The notes beneath the pieces were generated by a model. The model had not been told where the DNA came from. It searched no databases and saw only the letters and a list, made by a program, of their open reading frames with translations. 64,000 nt of DNA from Escherichia coli (GTDB taxonomy: Bacteria > Pseudomonadota > Gammaproteobacteria > Enterobacterales > Enterobacteriaceae), in assembly GCF_044324875.1 (NCBI RefSeq), contig NZ_CP172185.1; one strand, given 5' to 3'. The position numbers and the translations under genes were made by a program. Below are positions 1 to 13,910 of this stretch, piece by piece; positions within the stretch are counted from its first letter, which is position 1; every line of letters starts with the position of its first letter.

Positions 1-113
<113 letters not shown>

Positions 114-119
114 TAATAA

Positions 120-1418
<1,299 letters not shown>

Positions 1419-1426
1419 GCAATCAA

Positions 1427-1458
1427 TGTCGGATGCGGCGCGAGCGCCTTATCCGACC
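1427..1458. repeat. REP palindromic element in lacY-lacA spacer
   Basis: tgtcggatgcggcgcgagcgccttatccgacc, the REP consensus family seen repeatedly in this window. Confidence 0.7.
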
Positions 1459-1483
1459 AACATATCAGGACGGAATGATCGCA

Positions 1484-2095
1484 ATGAACATGCCAATGAC
1501 CGAAAGAATAAAAGCAGGCAAGCTATTTACCGATATGTGCGAAGGCTTACCGGAAAAAAGACTTCGTGGGAAAACGTTAATGTATGAGTTTAATCACTCG
1601 CATCCATCAGAAGTTGAAAAAAGAGAAAGCCTGATTAAAGAAATGTTTGCCACGGTAGGGGAAAACGCCTGGGTAGAACCTCCCGTCTATTTCTCTTACG
1701 GTTCCAACATCCATATAGGCCGCAATTTTTATGCAAATTTTAATTTAACCATTGTCGATGACTACACGGTAACAATCGGTGATAACGTACTGATTGCACC
1801 CAACGTTACTCTTTCCGTTACGGGACACCCGGTACACCATGAATTAAGAAAAAACGGTGAGATGTACTCTTTTCCGATAACGATTGGCAATAACGTCTGG
1901 ATCGGAAGTCATGTGGTCATTAATCCAGGCGTCACCATCGGGGATAATTCTGTTATTGGCGCGGGTAGTGTCGTCACAAAAGACATTCCACCAAACGTCG
2001 TGGCTGCTGGCGTTCCTTGTCGGGTTATTCGCGAAATAAACGACCGGGATAAGCACTATTATTACAAAGATTATAAAGTTGAGCCTTCAGTTTAA
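1484..2095 (+). CDS. lacA: galactoside O-acetyltransferase, 203 aa (start MNMPMTERI, internal to the longer track ORF)
   Basis: Hexapeptide-repeat acetyltransferase recognised as LacA; start chosen at the ATG matching 203 aa. Confidence 0.93.
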   Translation: MNMPMTERIKAGKLFTDMCEGLPEKRLRGKTLMYEFNHSHPSEVEKRESLIKEMFATVGENAWVEPPVYFSYGSNIHIGRNFYANFNLTIVDDYTVTIGDNVLIAPNVTLSVTGHPVHHELRKNGEMYSFPITIGNNVWIGSHVVINPGVTIGDNSVIGAGSVVTKDIPPNVVAAGVPCRVIREINDRDKHYYYKDYKVEPSV

Positions 2096-2112
2096 ATAAG
2101 CACTGAAATAAA

Positions 2113-2142
2113 TGTCGGATGCGCCATTGGGCACATCCGACA
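2113..2142. terminator. inverted repeat (tgtcggatg / catccgaca, 9-bp stem) between convergent lacA and cynX
   Basis: Stem-loop seen in sequence; no strong T-run, so terminator function is uncertain. Confidence 0.35.
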
Positions 2143-2182
2143 ATAATTCACTCTTCCATTATCTGGCGAAACAAGCGTCGCA

Positions 2183-3343
2183 TCATGCCTCTTTGACCCA
2201 CAGCTGCGGAAAACGTGCTGGTGCAAAACGCAGGGTTATGATCATCAGCCCAACGACGCACAGCGCATGAAACGCCCAGTCCATCAAGTAATTGCCACTG
2301 ATACTACGCAGCACACCAGAAAACCACGGGGCAAGCCCGGCGATGATAAAACCGATCCCCTGCATAAACGCCACCAGTTTGCCAGCAATAGCGGGTTGCG
2401 CAGAGTGATCGAGCGCCAGCAGCAAACAGAGCGGAAATGCGCCGCCCAGACCTAAACCACACACCATCGACCACAATACCGGCAATTGCAGCGGCAGCCA
2501 GATAAAGCCGCAGAAACCCACCAGTTGTAACGCCAGCGCCAGCATCAAAAGTTTGCGCCGATCCTGATGGCGAGCCATAGCAGGCATCAGCAATGCCCCT
2601 GCTGCTTGCCCAAGCGTCATCAATGCCAGCAAGGAACCGCTGTACTGCGCGCTGGCACCAATCTCAATATAGAAAGCGGGTAACCAGGCAATCAGGCTGG
2701 CGTAACCACCGTTAATCAGACCGAAGTAAACACCCAGCGTCCACGCGCGGGGAGTAAATACCACGCGAACCGGAGTGGTTGTTGTCTTGTGAGAAGAGGC
2801 GACCTCGCGGGCGCTTTGCCACCACCAGGCAAAGAGCGCAACAACGGCAGGCAGCGCCCACCAGGCGAGTGTTTGATACCAGGTTTCGCTATGTTGAACT
2901 AACCAGGGCGTCAGGGCAGCACCAAGGCCACCGCCGCCCATCAGAGCCGCGGACCACAGCCCCATCACCAGTGGCGTGCGCTGCTGAAACCGCCGTTTAA
3001 TCACCGAAGGCATCACCGCCTGAATGATGCCGATCCCCACCCCACCGAGCAGTGCGCTGCTAAGCAGCAGCGCACTTTGGGGGTAAAGCTCACGCATCAA
3101 TGCACCGACGGCAATCAGCAACAAACTGATGGCGACGCTGCGACGTTCGCTGACATGCTGATGAAGCCAGCTTCCGGCCAGCGCCAGCCCGCCCATGGTA
3201 ACCACCGGCAGAGCGGTCAACAGGGCAGCCACGCTAAAGCTCATTCCGCTTGCCTGGCGCAATTGCGGTAGCAGTGGCCCGACGGAGGTGAGCAGTGGTC
3301 GCATATTAAGACCAATCAGCACCAGAACCAGAACCAGCAGCAT
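2183..3343 (-). CDS. cynX: cyanate transporter (MFS); start uncertain, longest ORF starts at 3370
   Basis: 12-TM-like hydrophobic protein recognised as CynX; last gene of cynTSX on minus strand. Confidence 0.85.
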   Translation of the reverse strand: MLLVLVLVLIGLNMRPLLTSVGPLLPQLRQASGMSFSVAALLTALPVVTMGGLALAGSWLHQHVSERRSVAISLLLIAVGALMRELYPQSALLLSSALLGGVGIGIIQAVMPSVIKRRFQQRTPLVMGLWSAALMGGGGLGAALTPWLVQHSETWYQTLAWWALPAVVALFAWWWQSAREVASSHKTTTTPVRVVFTPRAWTLGVYFGLINGGYASLIAWLPAFYIEIGASAQYSGSLLALMTLGQAAGALLMPAMARHQDRRKLLMLALALQLVGFCGFIWLPLQLPVLWSMVCGLGLGGAFPLCLLLALDHSAQPAIAGKLVAFMQGIGFIIAGLAPWFSGVLRSISGNYLMDWAFHALCVVGLMIITLRFAPARFPQLWVKEA

Positions 3344-3375
3344 CGTGAACGTCTTTTGATGGTTACGCATGGCTG

Positions 3376-3864
<489 letters not shown>

Positions 3865-3876
3865 TTAAAAATAAGG

Positions 3877-4536
3877 TTACGCTGCGGTCGGTTGGCGTAG
3901 CGGTATGGCACAAACGCGAGGATTAGCGGCCAGTGGCACAAACTGGCGGGTTGCGCCGTCAAAAGCTGCGATGCTGCCGCTTTCAATGTCGTAGACCCAG
4001 CCGTGCAGGGCGATCCGCCCCTCTTCGAGCGCCAGGCGCACCGATGGATGCGTTTGCAGATTAGCCAACTGAGCAATCACGTTTTCACGCACCATCGCCG
4101 CAGCTTTTGACGGTAAATCACGATGCGGGCGCGCCTCATTAACGACGCGGGCAGAATCGGCATAACGCAGCCAGTGAGAGACGGCAGGCATATGGTCCAT
4201 GCACTGGCAGCTGGCAATAGCGGTCATTGCGCCACAGTTGGAATGACCGCAAATCACAATGTCAGATACCCGAAGCGCAGCGACGGCGTACTCCACCGAA
4301 GCAGAAACGCCACCGGGTTCTGGCCCGTAGGAAGGGACGATATTGCCCGCGTTGCGAATAACGAACAGATCGCCAGGTTCACGTTGCGTCACCAGCTCAG
4401 GGACCAGACGGCTGTCGGAGCAGGAGATAAAAAGGGTGCGCGGGCTTTGCTGTGTCGCCAGCTGTTTAAACAAGGCTTCCCGCTTCGGAAATGCCTCGCG
4501 CTGGAATTTAAGGAATCCATCAATAATCTCTTTCAC
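3877..4536 (-). CDS. cynT: beta-class carbonic anhydrase, 219 aa
   Basis: Protein recognised as CynT; CSDSR and HxxCG zinc-ligand motifs present. Confidence 0.95.
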   Translation of the reverse strand: MKEIIDGFLKFQREAFPKREALFKQLATQQSPRTLFISCSDSRLVPELVTQREPGDLFVIRNAGNIVPSYGPEPGGVSASVEYAVAALRVSDIVICGHSNCGAMTAIASCQCMDHMPAVSHWLRYADSARVVNEARPHRDLPSKAAAMVRENVIAQLANLQTHPSVRLALEEGRIALHGWVYDIESGSIAAFDGATRQFVPLAANPRVCAIPLRQPTAA

Positions 4537-4645
4537 CGTTAACCTCTGTCTGTCTCTGGAATGAGAGGCAGACTACTCGCCGATTGTCATAAGGTAAAAG
4601 ACTCATTTATGATGAGTTCTATTGGATTTACTTATAGGTTGGCGA

Positions 4646-5545
4646 ATGCTCTCTCGACATATCAATTATTTTCTTGCCGTGGCTGAACATGGCAGCTTCA
4701 CCCGTGCCGCCAGTGTGTTGCACGTCTCCCAGCCTGCGCTTTCCCAGCAGATTCGCCAGTTAGAGGAGAGTTTAGGCGTGCCGCTGTTTGACCGTAGCGG
4801 GCGAACGATTCGTCTCACTGATGCAGGAGAAGTCTGGCGACAGTACGCCAGCCGGGCGTTACAGGAACTCGGGGCGGGTAAACGGGCGATTCATGATGTT
4901 GCCGATCTGACGCGAGGATCGCTGCGTATCGCCGTCACTCCCACCTTTACAAGCTACTTTATCGGCCCTTTAATGGCGGGTTTCTATGCGCGCTACCCCG
5001 GCATCACGCTCCAGCTACAGGAAATGTCGCAGGAGAAAATCGAAGATCTGCTTTGTCGCGACGAGTTGGACGTTGGGATTGCCTTCGCGCCTGTGCATTC
5101 GCCGGAGCTGGAGGCAATTCCTTTACTGACAGAAAGTTTAGCGTTAGTCGTGGCGCAACATCATCCGCTGGCTGCCTGTGAACAGGTGGCGTTGAGTCGC
5201 TTGCATGATGAAAAACTGGTCCTGCTCAGCGCGGAATTTGCCACCAGAGAGCAAATTGACCACTACTGCGAGAAAGCGGGGCTACATCCACAGGTGGTCA
5301 TTGAGGCGAACTCAATTAGCGCGGTTCTGGAGCTGATTCGCCGCACTTCCCTTTCCACATTGTTGCCAGCAGCGATTGCCACACAACATGAAGGGCTTAA
5401 AGCTATTTCTCTTGCCCCACCACTACTGAAGAGAACGGCGGTTTTGTTGCGGCGGAAAAATAGCTGGCAGACAGCCGCCGCGAAGGCATTTTTGCAAATG
5501 GCGTTGGATAAATGCGCGGTTGTTGGCGGGAATGAATCGCGGTAA
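4646..5545 (+). CDS. cynR: LysR-family activator of cyn operon, 299 aa (start [12 protein letters not shown])
   Basis: LysR HTH N-terminus; divergent from cynT as in the known cyn locus. Confidence 0.9.
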   Translation: MLSRHINYFLAVAEHGSFTRAASVLHVSQPALSQQIRQLEESLGVPLFDRSGRTIRLTDAGEVWRQYASRALQELGAGKRAIHDVADLTRGSLRIAVTPTFTSYFIGPLMAGFYARYPGITLQLQEMSQEKIEDLLCRDELDVGIAFAPVHSPELEAIPLLTESLALVVAQHHPLAACEQVALSRLHDEKLVLLSAEFATREQIDHYCEKAGLHPQVVIEANSISAVLELIRRTSLSTLLPAAIATQHEGLKAISLAPPLLKRTAVLLRRKNSWQTAAAKAFLQMALDKCAVVGGNESR

Positions 5546-5560
5546 CCACTGACACAATTG

Positions 5561-5640
5561 CCTGATGCGCTACGCTTATCAGGCCTACGAGTTCAGTGCT
5601 CTACGTAGGCCGGATAAGGCGTTCACGCCGCATCCGGCAT
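5561..5640. repeat. BIME (two REPs in inverted orientation) between cynR and codA
   Basis: gcctgatgcgctacgcttatcaggcctac ... gtaggccggataaggcgttcacgccgcatccggca. Confidence 0.8.
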
Positions 5641-5677
5641 AAACTACGCTCGCTTTGTCAACACACAGCCCAGCCGA

Positions 5678-6961
5678 TCACCGTTTGTAATCGATGGCTT
5701 CTGGCTGCTCCAGATATACGGTGGTTTGTGCCGGTTGTGTGCTGGCAATCACCTTGCCGCCACGTACCGAATAACGTACCGGAACCTGACGGCGCAGCGC
5801 ATCAAATCCATTTTCAGCCGGCAGGATAATCAGGTTGGCGCTGTTTCCGGCGGCAATGCCGTAATCCTGCAAATTCAACGTCCTGGCGCTGTGGTGGGTG
5901 ATTAAATTCAGGCCGTCGTTAATCTGCCCGTAGCCCATCAGCTGGCAAACATGCAGCCCCATATGCAGCACTTGCAGCATATTCGCCGTTCCCAGCGGAT
6001 ACCACGGATCGAAGACATCATCGTGACCAAAGCAGACGTTAATGCCTGACTCCAGCATCTCTTTAACGCGCGTGATGCCGCGACGTTTTGGATACGTATC
6101 GAAACGCCCTTGTAGATGAATATTGACCAACGGGTTGGCGACAAAGTTAATACCGGACATTTTCAGCAGGCGGAACAGGCGTGAGGTATACGCCCCGTTA
6201 TAGGAGTGCATTGCCGTAGTATGGCTGGCGGTGACTCGTGCGCCCATTCCTTCACGGTGCGCCAGGGCGGCAACGGTTTCGACAAAGCGCGACTGCTCAT
6301 CATCGATCTCATCACAGTGAACGTCGATGAGACGGTCGTATTTTTGCGCCAGGGCGAAGGTTTTATGCAGCGACTCCACGCCATATTCACGGGTAAATTC
6401 AAAATGCGGAATCGCCCCAACAACGTCTGCTCCTAAGCGTAGCGCCTCTTCCAGCAACGCTTCACCGTTGGGATACGACAAAATCCCTTCCTGCGGGAAG
6501 GCGACGATTTGCAGATCAATCCACGGCGCAACTTCCTGTTTCACTTCCAGCATCGCTTTCAACGCAGTCAGCGTTGCGTCGGAAACATCGACATGGGTAC
6601 GCACATGCTGAATGCCGTTGGCAATCTGCCATTTCAGCGTTTGCCATGCGCGTTGTTTCACATCGTCATGGGTTAATAACGCTTTGCGCTCGGCCCAGCG
6701 TTCAATGCCTTCAAACAGCGTGCCGGACTGATTCCAGTTCGGTTGCCCGGCGGTTTGCGTGGTGTCCAGGTGAATATGCGGCTCCACAAACGGCGGTAAA
6801 ACTAAACCTTGTTCGGCATCCAGGCTGTTTTCAGTTACGGGCATCACACCAGATTGCGCATCAATGGCGCTGATTTTTCCGTCCTGCAGATGAATCTGCC
6901 ACAGCCCCTCTTTGCCGGGTAACCGGGCGTTAATAATTGTTTGTAAAGCGTTATTCGACAC
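5678..6961 (-). CDS. codA: cytosine deaminase, 427 aa with GTG start ([16 protein letters not shown]...)
   Basis: Amidohydrolase recognised as CodA; GTG start 7 bp after codB stop. Confidence 0.93.
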   Translation of the reverse strand: MSNNALQTIINARLPGKEGLWQIHLQDGKISAIDAQSGVMPVTENSLDAEQGLVLPPFVEPHIHLDTTQTAGQPNWNQSGTLFEGIERWAERKALLTHDDVKQRAWQTLKWQIANGIQHVRTHVDVSDATLTALKAMLEVKQEVAPWIDLQIVAFPQEGILSYPNGEALLEEALRLGADVVGAIPHFEFTREYGVESLHKTFALAQKYDRLIDVHCDEIDDEQSRFVETVAALAHREGMGARVTASHTTAMHSYNGAYTSRLFRLLKMSGINFVANPLVNIHLQGRFDTYPKRRGITRVKEMLESGINVCFGHDDVFDPWYPLGTANMLQVLHMGLHVCQLMGYGQINDGLNLITHHSARTLNLQDYGIAAGNSANLIILPAENGFDALRRQVPVRYSVRGGKVIASTQPAQTTVYLEQPEAIDYKR

Positions 6962-8210
6962 TGTTAGCCTCCACATGCGTCATTGCTGCTGTCGTTTTAC
7001 GATTCAAAATCGGGTTAAGGATCAGATAGCTCAGCGCGCCACCTAATACCGCGTTGACCGGAACAATTCCCGGTAACCAGTGGCCTGCGGCAATCCCCAA
7101 GGCGACCGCCAGAATCGCCACCCAATTGACACTCATCATACGCGTGGTCGCAAAGTGCTCATAGCGGCGACGGTTCATCAGATAGTCGGCGATGATCACG
7201 CCCCCTACCGGAGGAATAGCTGCCGAAAGGAAGGTCAGCCAGCCGACAAAATTGTTATACAGCCATAGTGCGCAGACCGTACCGATAATACCGTTAATCA
7301 CCGAAAGGGTTTTGCTCGACATACCGGTAATGTTGGCGAAACCTAAGCCCGACGCATAGAGCGCGTTATCGTTGGTGGTCCAGATATTCAGCCCCAGCAC
7401 CACAATCGCGGGTAGCAGCAGGCCCTGAGCAATCATCACATCAGAGATATCTGCCATGCCCAGTGCCGCCGCTCCCGCTGCACCGAAAATAAACATCAAC
7501 GAGTTGCCAAGGAAAAAGGCCACCATCGCCACCAGCACCGCCAGTTTGGCATTGCGACCAAACCGGACAAAGTCAGCGGTGAGCGTACCCGCGCTGATAA
7601 ATGACCCCACAACCAGCGCCAGCGCGACATTGAAATCTAGCGGTTGTGCAGGAACGACCGCTTTTAATGCGTCCAGGCCGCCCATGCCGTTAACGGCCAG
7701 CCACACGGAATAACCGCCAAGACAGGCGATAGCCGGAACCGCAATCACCGAAAGAACCGTCAGCGCCGAAATGCCAAAGAAGACGGTGACGGTCATCAGT
7801 AAACCGGAAACGGCAATCAGCAAATTAATATCCAGCCCGGTTGCCTTACCCACCGGAATGGCAAACATCGCCACGCCAACGCCAAACCAGCCAACCTGGG
7901 TACCCCCCAGCAGCAGTGAAGGCAGCCATGAGCCTTTAACACCAAACGAGAAGCGAGCAAGAAGATGGGTGGTCAGGCCGGTTTTTGCGCCAATGTAACC
8001 AAGAAATGAAGTGTAAATACCGAGGAGAAGATTACCGATGAGGACTGCGAGGAAGAAATCATGATAGCTAAGACCGGTTCCGAGAGTGCCGCCGGTCCAC
8101 ATACTGGCGGAAAAGAAGGTTAATCCCAGCATGACGAACGTCAATGCCAATACCCCTTTCCGCGCCGACTGCGGGACTGGCCCCTGGCTAAAGTTGTTAT
8201 CTTGCGACAC
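6951..8210 (-). CDS. codB: cytosine permease, 419 aa
   Basis: Protein recognised as CodB ([33 protein letters not shown]...). Confidence 0.95.
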   Translation of the reverse strand: MSQDNNFSQGPVPQSARKGVLALTFVMLGLTFFSASMWTGGTLGTGLSYHDFFLAVLIGNLLLGIYTSFLGYIGAKTGLTTHLLARFSFGVKGSWLPSLLLGGTQVGWFGVGVAMFAIPVGKATGLDINLLIAVSGLLMTVTVFFGISALTVLSVIAVPAIACLGGYSVWLAVNGMGGLDALKAVVPAQPLDFNVALALVVGSFISAGTLTADFVRFGRNAKLAVLVAMVAFFLGNSLMFIFGAAGAAALGMADISDVMIAQGLLLPAIVVLGLNIWTTNDNALYASGLGFANITGMSSKTLSVINGIIGTVCALWLYNNFVGWLTFLSAAIPPVGGVIIADYLMNRRRYEHFATTRMMSVNWVAILAVALGIAAGHWLPGIVPVNAVLGGALSYLILNPILNRKTTAAMTHVEANSVE

Positions 8211-8344
8211 GAAATTCCCCCTTTTTGCTGTTTGAAACCCAAAAAATCCGCCGCATTCTATTCATCTGAAGATAAAAAGCAATCGTTTTCGTGGGGAAAT
8301 ATATTTTTTATATGAATGAGTGCAAAAAGGTGGGGGAAAAATTA

Positions 8345-9285
8345 TCCACGGTTCAGGCCTGTGGGCATGATAAGACGCGTCAGCGTCGCATCAGGCATCT
8401 GCGCACGGTGTCGGATGCGGCGCGAGCGCCTTATCTGACCTACGGTTCAGACCTGTAGGCATGATAAGAGGCACCAGCGTCGCATCAGGCATCTGCGCAC
8501 GGTGTCGGATGCGGCGCGAGCGCCTTATCCGACCTACGGTTCAGGCCTGTAGGCATGATAAGACGCGCCAGCGTCGTATCAGGCATCTGCGCACGGTGTC
8601 GGATGCGGCGCGAGCGCCTTATCCGACCTACGGTTCAGGCCTGTAGGCATGATAAGACGCACCAGCGTCGCATCAGGCATCTGCGCACGGTGTCGGATGC
8701 GGCGCGAGCGCCTTATCCGACCTACGGTTCAGACCTGTAGGCATGATAAGACGCGCCAGCGTCGCATCAGGCATCTGCGCATGGTGTCGGATGCGGCGCG
8801 AGCGCCTTATCCGACCTACGGTTCAGGCCTGTAGGCATGATAAGACGCACCAGCGTCGCATCAGGCATCGGCGCACGGTGTCGGATGCGGCGCGAGCGCC
8901 TTATCCGACCTACGGTTCAGGCCTGTAGGCATGATAAGACGCGCCAGCGTCGTATCAGGCATCTGCGCACGGTGTCGGATGCGGCGCGAGCGCCTTATCC
9001 GACCTACGGTTCAGACCTGTAGGCATGATAAGACGCGCCAGCGTCGCATCAGGCATCGGCGCACGGTGTCGGATGCGGCGCGAGCGCCTTATCCGACCTA
9101 CGGTTCAGGCCTGTAGGCATGATAAGACGCGTCAGCGTCGCATCAGGCATCGGCGCACGGTGTCGGATGCGGCGCGAGCGCCTTATCCGACCTACGGTTC
9201 AGGCCTGTAGGCATGATAAGACGCGTCAGCGTCGCATCAGGCATCGGCGCACGGTGTCGGATGCGCCACACGACGCATCCGACAA
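8345..9285. repeat. Tandem BIME array, about 10 copies of a 94-bp unit, each with two inverted REP palindromes
   Basis: Unit atgataagacgc(g/a)(c/t)cagcgtcgcatcaggcat...tgtcggatgcggcgcgagcgccttatccgacctacggttcag(g/a)cctgtaggc recurs every 94 bp from about 8367 to 9213. Confidence 0.88.
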
Positions 9286-9289
9286 TACC

Positions 9290-11176
9290 TTACTCTTCCA
9301 TCGCCTGGCGGATCTGATCCAACGACGCAGGATCATCAATGGTCGTCAGATCCCCAGGATCGCGTCCTTCGCAAATCGCCTGGATCGTGCGGCGCAGCAT
9401 TTTTCCGGATCGCGTTTTCGGCAATTGCGAGACAAACCAGACGTGCGCCGGGCGGCCAAAGTTGCCAATCTGGCTGTCCACCAGCGCCATAATCGCCTTC
9501 TCTTGCGAGTGCGCCACCTCACGGTCTTCCAGACTGTCGCTCTCTTTCGGAATGACAAACGCCACCGCCACCTGCCCTTTCAGCGCATCTTTCACCCCAA
9601 CCACCGCCACTTCGGCAACGCCCGGATGACTGGAGATACTCTCTTCAATCTCGCGCGTCCCCAGCCGATGCCCGGCAACGTTAATCACATCGTCAGTGCG
9701 CCCGAGAATAAAGTGATAACCGTCAGCATCGCGGATACCCCAGTCAAAAGTGGCGTACACCGGACGGGAAAACAGCGACCAGTACGTCTTCACAAAGCGG
9801 TCGTCGTCGCCCCAAATGGTCTGAATACACCCCGGCGGCAATGGCCCTTCCACCACCAGCATCCCTTTCTCGTTGACGCCACACGGTTCGCCGGTGACTT
9901 CATTAAGCAACTGCACGTTATAGCCATACATCGGCACGCCGGGGCTACCCAGACGCGTCGGCCTGTCGTCCAGACCGCGAGCAATCGCCATAATCGGCCA
10001 GCCGGATTCGGTCTGCCAGTAATTGTCGATCACTGGCACATCCAGCGTATTGCTCACCCAACTGGCGGTCGGCTCGTCCAGCGGTTCTCCAGCCAGATAG
10101 AGCACTTCCAGCGACGAGAGATCGTGTTTGCGAATTTCAGCGGTAGGGAATTTTTTCAGCACGCGAATGGCGGTCGGCGCTGAGAACATCCGGCTAACCT
10201 GATATTTCTCGACGATTTTCCACCACACGCCGCAGTCCGGCCAGGTCGGTAATCCTTCGTAAACGATAGTCGCCATCCCCGCCAGCAGCGGCGCGTAGAC
10301 GATATACGAATGCCCCACCACCCAGCCGATATCCGAAGCACAAAAGAACACACCGCCCGCTTTGCCGCCAAAAATGGTGTCCATCGAGGTCGCCAGCGCC
10401 ACCGCATATCCGCCAACGTCACGCTGCACGCCTTTAGGTTTGCCGGTCGTGCCGGAGGTGTAGAGAATGCAGGAGGTTTCGTTGGATTCCAGCCACGCCA
10501 CCGGTACCCGCGCGCCGATGTGTTGATGGCGCAACGACGCGAAATCGACATCCCGCCCGCTGACGCGTGCCATTTTCGCCAGCCCGCGATCCACCAGCAA
10601 AACATGGCGTGGCTGGTGCTGCGCCTGACTTATCGCATCGTCGAGCAATTTTTTATAGGGAATGATTTTGCCACCGCGCGCTCCGGCATCAGCCGAGACA
10701 ATCAGCACCGGTTTAGCATCATCAATTCGCGCCGCCACGCTGTGCGAGGCAAATCCCCCAAACACCACCGAGTGAATAGCGCCAATGCGCGCGCAAGCCA
10801 GCAGAGTAATATGTGCTTCGGCAATCATCGGCATATACACCAGCACCCGATCGCCGCGCTGCACACCCAGCGAGCGCAGCATTGAGGCCACCGCATTCAC
10901 TTCGTCATGTAACTGGCGGAAGGTAAAGGTGCGCTCTTCTTCTGTTTCCGAAGAGACGGCAATCAGCGCCAGCGCCTCTGGCTGTTTCTCCAGCCAGCGG
11001 TCGATAGCGTTGTGACACAAGTTGGTTCGGCCTTCACAAAACCAACGGGCAAACGGCGGATTGCTGTGATCGAGCGTTTGCGTAAAGGGCGTCTGCCAGT
11101 CAATACGCCGGGCCTGCTCGGCCCAGAACTTCTCCGGTTCGTTAATCGAACGCTGATAAAATTCGCTAAAAGACAT
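9290..11176 (-). CDS. prpE: propionyl-CoA synthetase, 628 aa
   Basis: Acyl-CoA synthetase fold recognised as PrpE; last gene of prpBCDE. Confidence 0.95.
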   Translation of the reverse strand: MSFSEFYQRSINEPEKFWAEQARRIDWQTPFTQTLDHSNPPFARWFCEGRTNLCHNAIDRWLEKQPEALALIAVSSETEEERTFTFRQLHDEVNAVASMLRSLGVQRGDRVLVYMPMIAEAHITLLACARIGAIHSVVFGGFASHSVAARIDDAKPVLIVSADAGARGGKIIPYKKLLDDAISQAQHQPRHVLLVDRGLAKMARVSGRDVDFASLRHQHIGARVPVAWLESNETSCILYTSGTTGKPKGVQRDVGGYAVALATSMDTIFGGKAGGVFFCASDIGWVVGHSYIVYAPLLAGMATIVYEGLPTWPDCGVWWKIVEKYQVSRMFSAPTAIRVLKKFPTAEIRKHDLSSLEVLYLAGEPLDEPTASWVSNTLDVPVIDNYWQTESGWPIMAIARGLDDRPTRLGSPGVPMYGYNVQLLNEVTGEPCGVNEKGMLVVEGPLPPGCIQTIWGDDDRFVKTYWSLFSRPVYATFDWGIRDADGYHFILGRTDDVINVAGHRLGTREIEESISSHPGVAEVAVVGVKDALKGQVAVAFVIPKESDSLEDREVAHSQEKAIMALVDSQIGNFGRPAHVWFVSQLPKTRSGKMLRRTIQAICEGRDPGDLTTIDDPASLDQIRQAMEE

Positions 11177-11215
11177 AATGCTCTCCTGTTGAACTTACGC
11201 CTTACCGCTGTTTGC

Positions 11216-12667
11216 TTAAATGACGTACAGGTCGAGATACTCATTGACCGGCATCTGTTCCAGGCGAGCTCTGTCGAGAGAAACCTCCAGAATGCGCTGC
11301 TGTTGGCGAGTCGGGAACTGGCGCGCGAGATTGATTTTGAATTTATCGACCAGCTTCGGAATGCCATCCTGACGGCGGCGAGCATGACCAATTGGGTACT
11401 CCACCACCACTTCTTCAAATCGCGTACCGTCGGTGAACTCAAGGGTTATGGCATTGGCGATGGCACGTTTTTCCGGGTCGTGGTAGTCAGCGGTAAATGC
11501 CGGATCTTCAAAGCAATTGATCTTCTCGCGCAGGGCGTCGATGCGTTTATCTTGCGCAACGTTGTCCTCGTAATCTGCCGCCGTTAAGCGTCCGAACAGC
11601 AGCGGGATCGCCACCATGTACTGAATGCAGTGATCGCGGTCTGCCGGGTTATTGAGCGGTCCTTTTTTGTCGATGATGCGAATACAGGCTTCGTGGGTGC
11701 GAATGGTCACTTTTTCGATATCTGCCGCCGTTTTGCCTGCTGCCTGCATCTGTTCATAGAGCGTCATCGCTGCTTCAACTGCCGTCTGGGAGTGGAACTC
11801 CGCCGGGAAGGAGATTTTGAACAGCACATTTTCCATCACGTAAGAACCGTACGGGCGCTGGAAGCGGAACGACTCACCTTTGAAGGAGACGTCGTAGAAG
11901 CCCCACACAGGCGCAGTCAGGGCTGACGGGTAACCCATTTCGCCCGTTTTCGCCATCAGTGCCAGACGTACCGCGCGGGAAGTGGCATCGCCCGCCGCCC
12001 AGGATTTACGCGTGCCGGTGTTCGGCGCATGGCGATAGGTGCGCAGCGACTGACCGTCCACCCACGCCAGCGAAACGGCGTTGAGAATTTCCTCGCGGGT
12101 CAGGCCGAGCATTTCGGCGACCACGGCGGTGGAAGCCACTTTCACTAACAGAACGTGGTCGAGGCCGACGCGGTTAAAGGAGTTTTCCAGCGCGATGCAG
12201 CCCTGAATTTCATGGGCTTTGATCATTGCGGTCAGCACCTGTTTCATGGTCAACGGCGCTTTGCCGCTGGCGACCGCGTTGCGCGAAAGCCAGTCCGCCG
12301 TTGCCAGAATGCCGCCGAGGTTGTCGGAAGGATGGCCCCACTCCGCCGCCAGCCAGGTATCGTTGAAATCAAGCCAGCGGATCATCGCGCCAATGTTAAA
12401 TGCCGCCTGGACGGGGTCGAGCTGGAACTGAGTTCCGGGGACGCGCACGCCGTTAGGTACGACAGTGCCGGGGACAATTGGCCCCAGCAGTTTTTTACAG
12501 GCCGGGTATTCGAGAGCTTCAAGACCGCAGCCGAGAGTGTCGAGCAGGCAGTAATGTGCGGTGTCGTAGGCCACTTTAGAGCTAATTTCGTAGTTCATGA
12601 CGTAATCGACGATATCAACGATTTCACGATCAAATTCCGGGCGGATGTTGTTGATTTGAGCTGACAT
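11216..12667 (-). CDS. prpD: 2-methylcitrate dehydratase, 483 aa
   Basis: Protein recognised as PrpD ([23 protein letters not shown]...). Confidence 0.95.
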
Positions 12668-12700
12668 TGGGTACGTTTCCTTATTGTTATTCGTAGAGGT

Positions 12701-13870
12701 TTACTGGCGCTTATCCAGCGCGACAAACTGGCGGTCTTCCGGTCCAACATAATTGGCGGAAGGACGGATAATTTTGTTGTCCTGACGTTGTTCGATAATG
12801 TGCGCCGCCCAGCCGGTGACGCGGGCGATAACAAACAGTGGGGTGAACATCTCGGTGGGAACGCCCATCATGTTGTAGGAAACAGCGGAGAACCAGTCGA
12901 GATTGGGGAACATCTTTTTGCTCTCCCACATCACCGTTTCCAGGCGATCGGCGATGTTGTACATCTTCAGCGAACCGCCTTCCTGCGAGAGCTGCTTCGC
13001 CACGCGTTTGATCACCTGATGACGCGGGTCGGCGATGGTGTAAACCGGATGACCAAAACCAATGACCACTTCTCTGTTTTCCACGCGCTTGCGGATATCG
13101 GCTTCGGCTTCGTCCGGCGTTTCGTAGCGTTGTTGGATCTCCAGCGACACTTCATTCGCCCCGCCGTGTTTCGGCCCGCGCAGTGCGCCAATCGCGCCAA
13201 TAATCGCGGAATACATATCAGAGCCGGTGCCCGCAATCACCCGGCTGGTAAAGGTGGAGGCGTTAAACTCGTGTTCGGCGTACAGCACCAGCGAAATATG
13301 CATCGCCTTTTCCCAGCTTTGCGACGGCTTTTCGCCATGCAGCAGATGCAGGAAGTGACCGCCGATGGAGTCGTCATCGGTTTCTGGCTGGATGCGTTCG
13401 CCGTTGTGGCTGTAGTGATACCAGTAGAGAAGAATCGAGCTAAGCGACGCCAACAGTTTGTCGGCAATATCCCGCGCGCCAGAGACAGTGTGCCCTTCTT
13501 TTTCTGGCAGCGTGCAACCGAGTGCGGAAACGCCTGTGCGCATGACATCCATCGGGTGCGACGCCGCCGGTAAGGCTTCCAGCACGGTACGCACGTTAGC
13601 CGGTAAACCGCGCAGGGCTTTCAGTTTTGTTTTGTAAGCGGCGAGTTCGTCACGGGTCGGCAGTTTGCCGTGGATCAGCAGATGCGCCACTTCTTCAAAT
13701 TCGCAATGTTCCGCCAGATCAATAATATCGTAACCACGGTAATGCAAGTCATTGCCACTTTTACCCACGGTGCAGAGCGCCGTATTGCCCGCCGGAACGC
13801 CAGAAAGTGCCACAGATTTTTTCGGTTTAATGACATGGGTACTGTTTTGCAGGATCGTTGTGTCGCTCAT
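12701..13870 (-). CDS. prpC: 2-methylcitrate synthase, 389 aa
   Basis: Citrate synthase family protein recognised as PrpC. Confidence 0.95.
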   Translation of the reverse strand: MSDTTILQNSTHVIKPKKSVALSGVPAGNTALCTVGKSGNDLHYRGYDIIDLAEHCEFEEVAHLLIHGKLPTRDELAAYKTKLKALRGLPANVRTVLEALPAASHPMDVMRTGVSALGCTLPEKEGHTVSGARDIADKLLASLSSILLYWYHYSHNGERIQPETDDDSIGGHFLHLLHGEKPSQSWEKAMHISLVLYAEHEFNASTFTSRVIAGTGSDMYSAIIGAIGALRGPKHGGANEVSLEIQQRYETPDEAEADIRKRVENREVVIGFGHPVYTIADPRHQVIKRVAKQLSQEGGSLKMYNIADRLETVMWESKKMFPNLDWFSAVSYNMMGVPTEMFTPLFVIARVTGWAAHIIEQRQDNKIIRPSANYVGPEDRQFVALDKRQ

Positions 13871-13910
13871 ATTGTCCTCGTCATTGTTATCATTTGTAGG
13901 GTCGAGATTG

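Noticed and set aside
2113-2142. lacA-cynX hairpin as a strong terminator
   Set aside because: Kept only as a low-confidence feature because it lacks a clear U-tract; it may be a REP-like palindrome.
8461-9210. Ladder of seven near-identical 61-aa ORFs at 94-bp spacing, plus the 354-aa ORF 9119-10183
   Set aside because: They are reading-frame artefacts of the tandem BIME array and of the antisense strand of prpE; there is no independent coding evidence.
8345-9285. Possible CRISPR array (regular short repeats)
   Set aside because: The whole 94-bp unit repeats with no unique spacers, and the units are REP palindromes; no cas genes are nearby.
10310-11587. Several 190-aa ORFs on both strands inside prpE and prpD
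   Set aside because: They overlap well-supported genes in alternative frames.
12788-13573. 261-aa plus-strand ORF
   Set aside because: Antisense to prpC, arginine/histidine-rich with low-complexity composition typical of GC-rich antisense frames.
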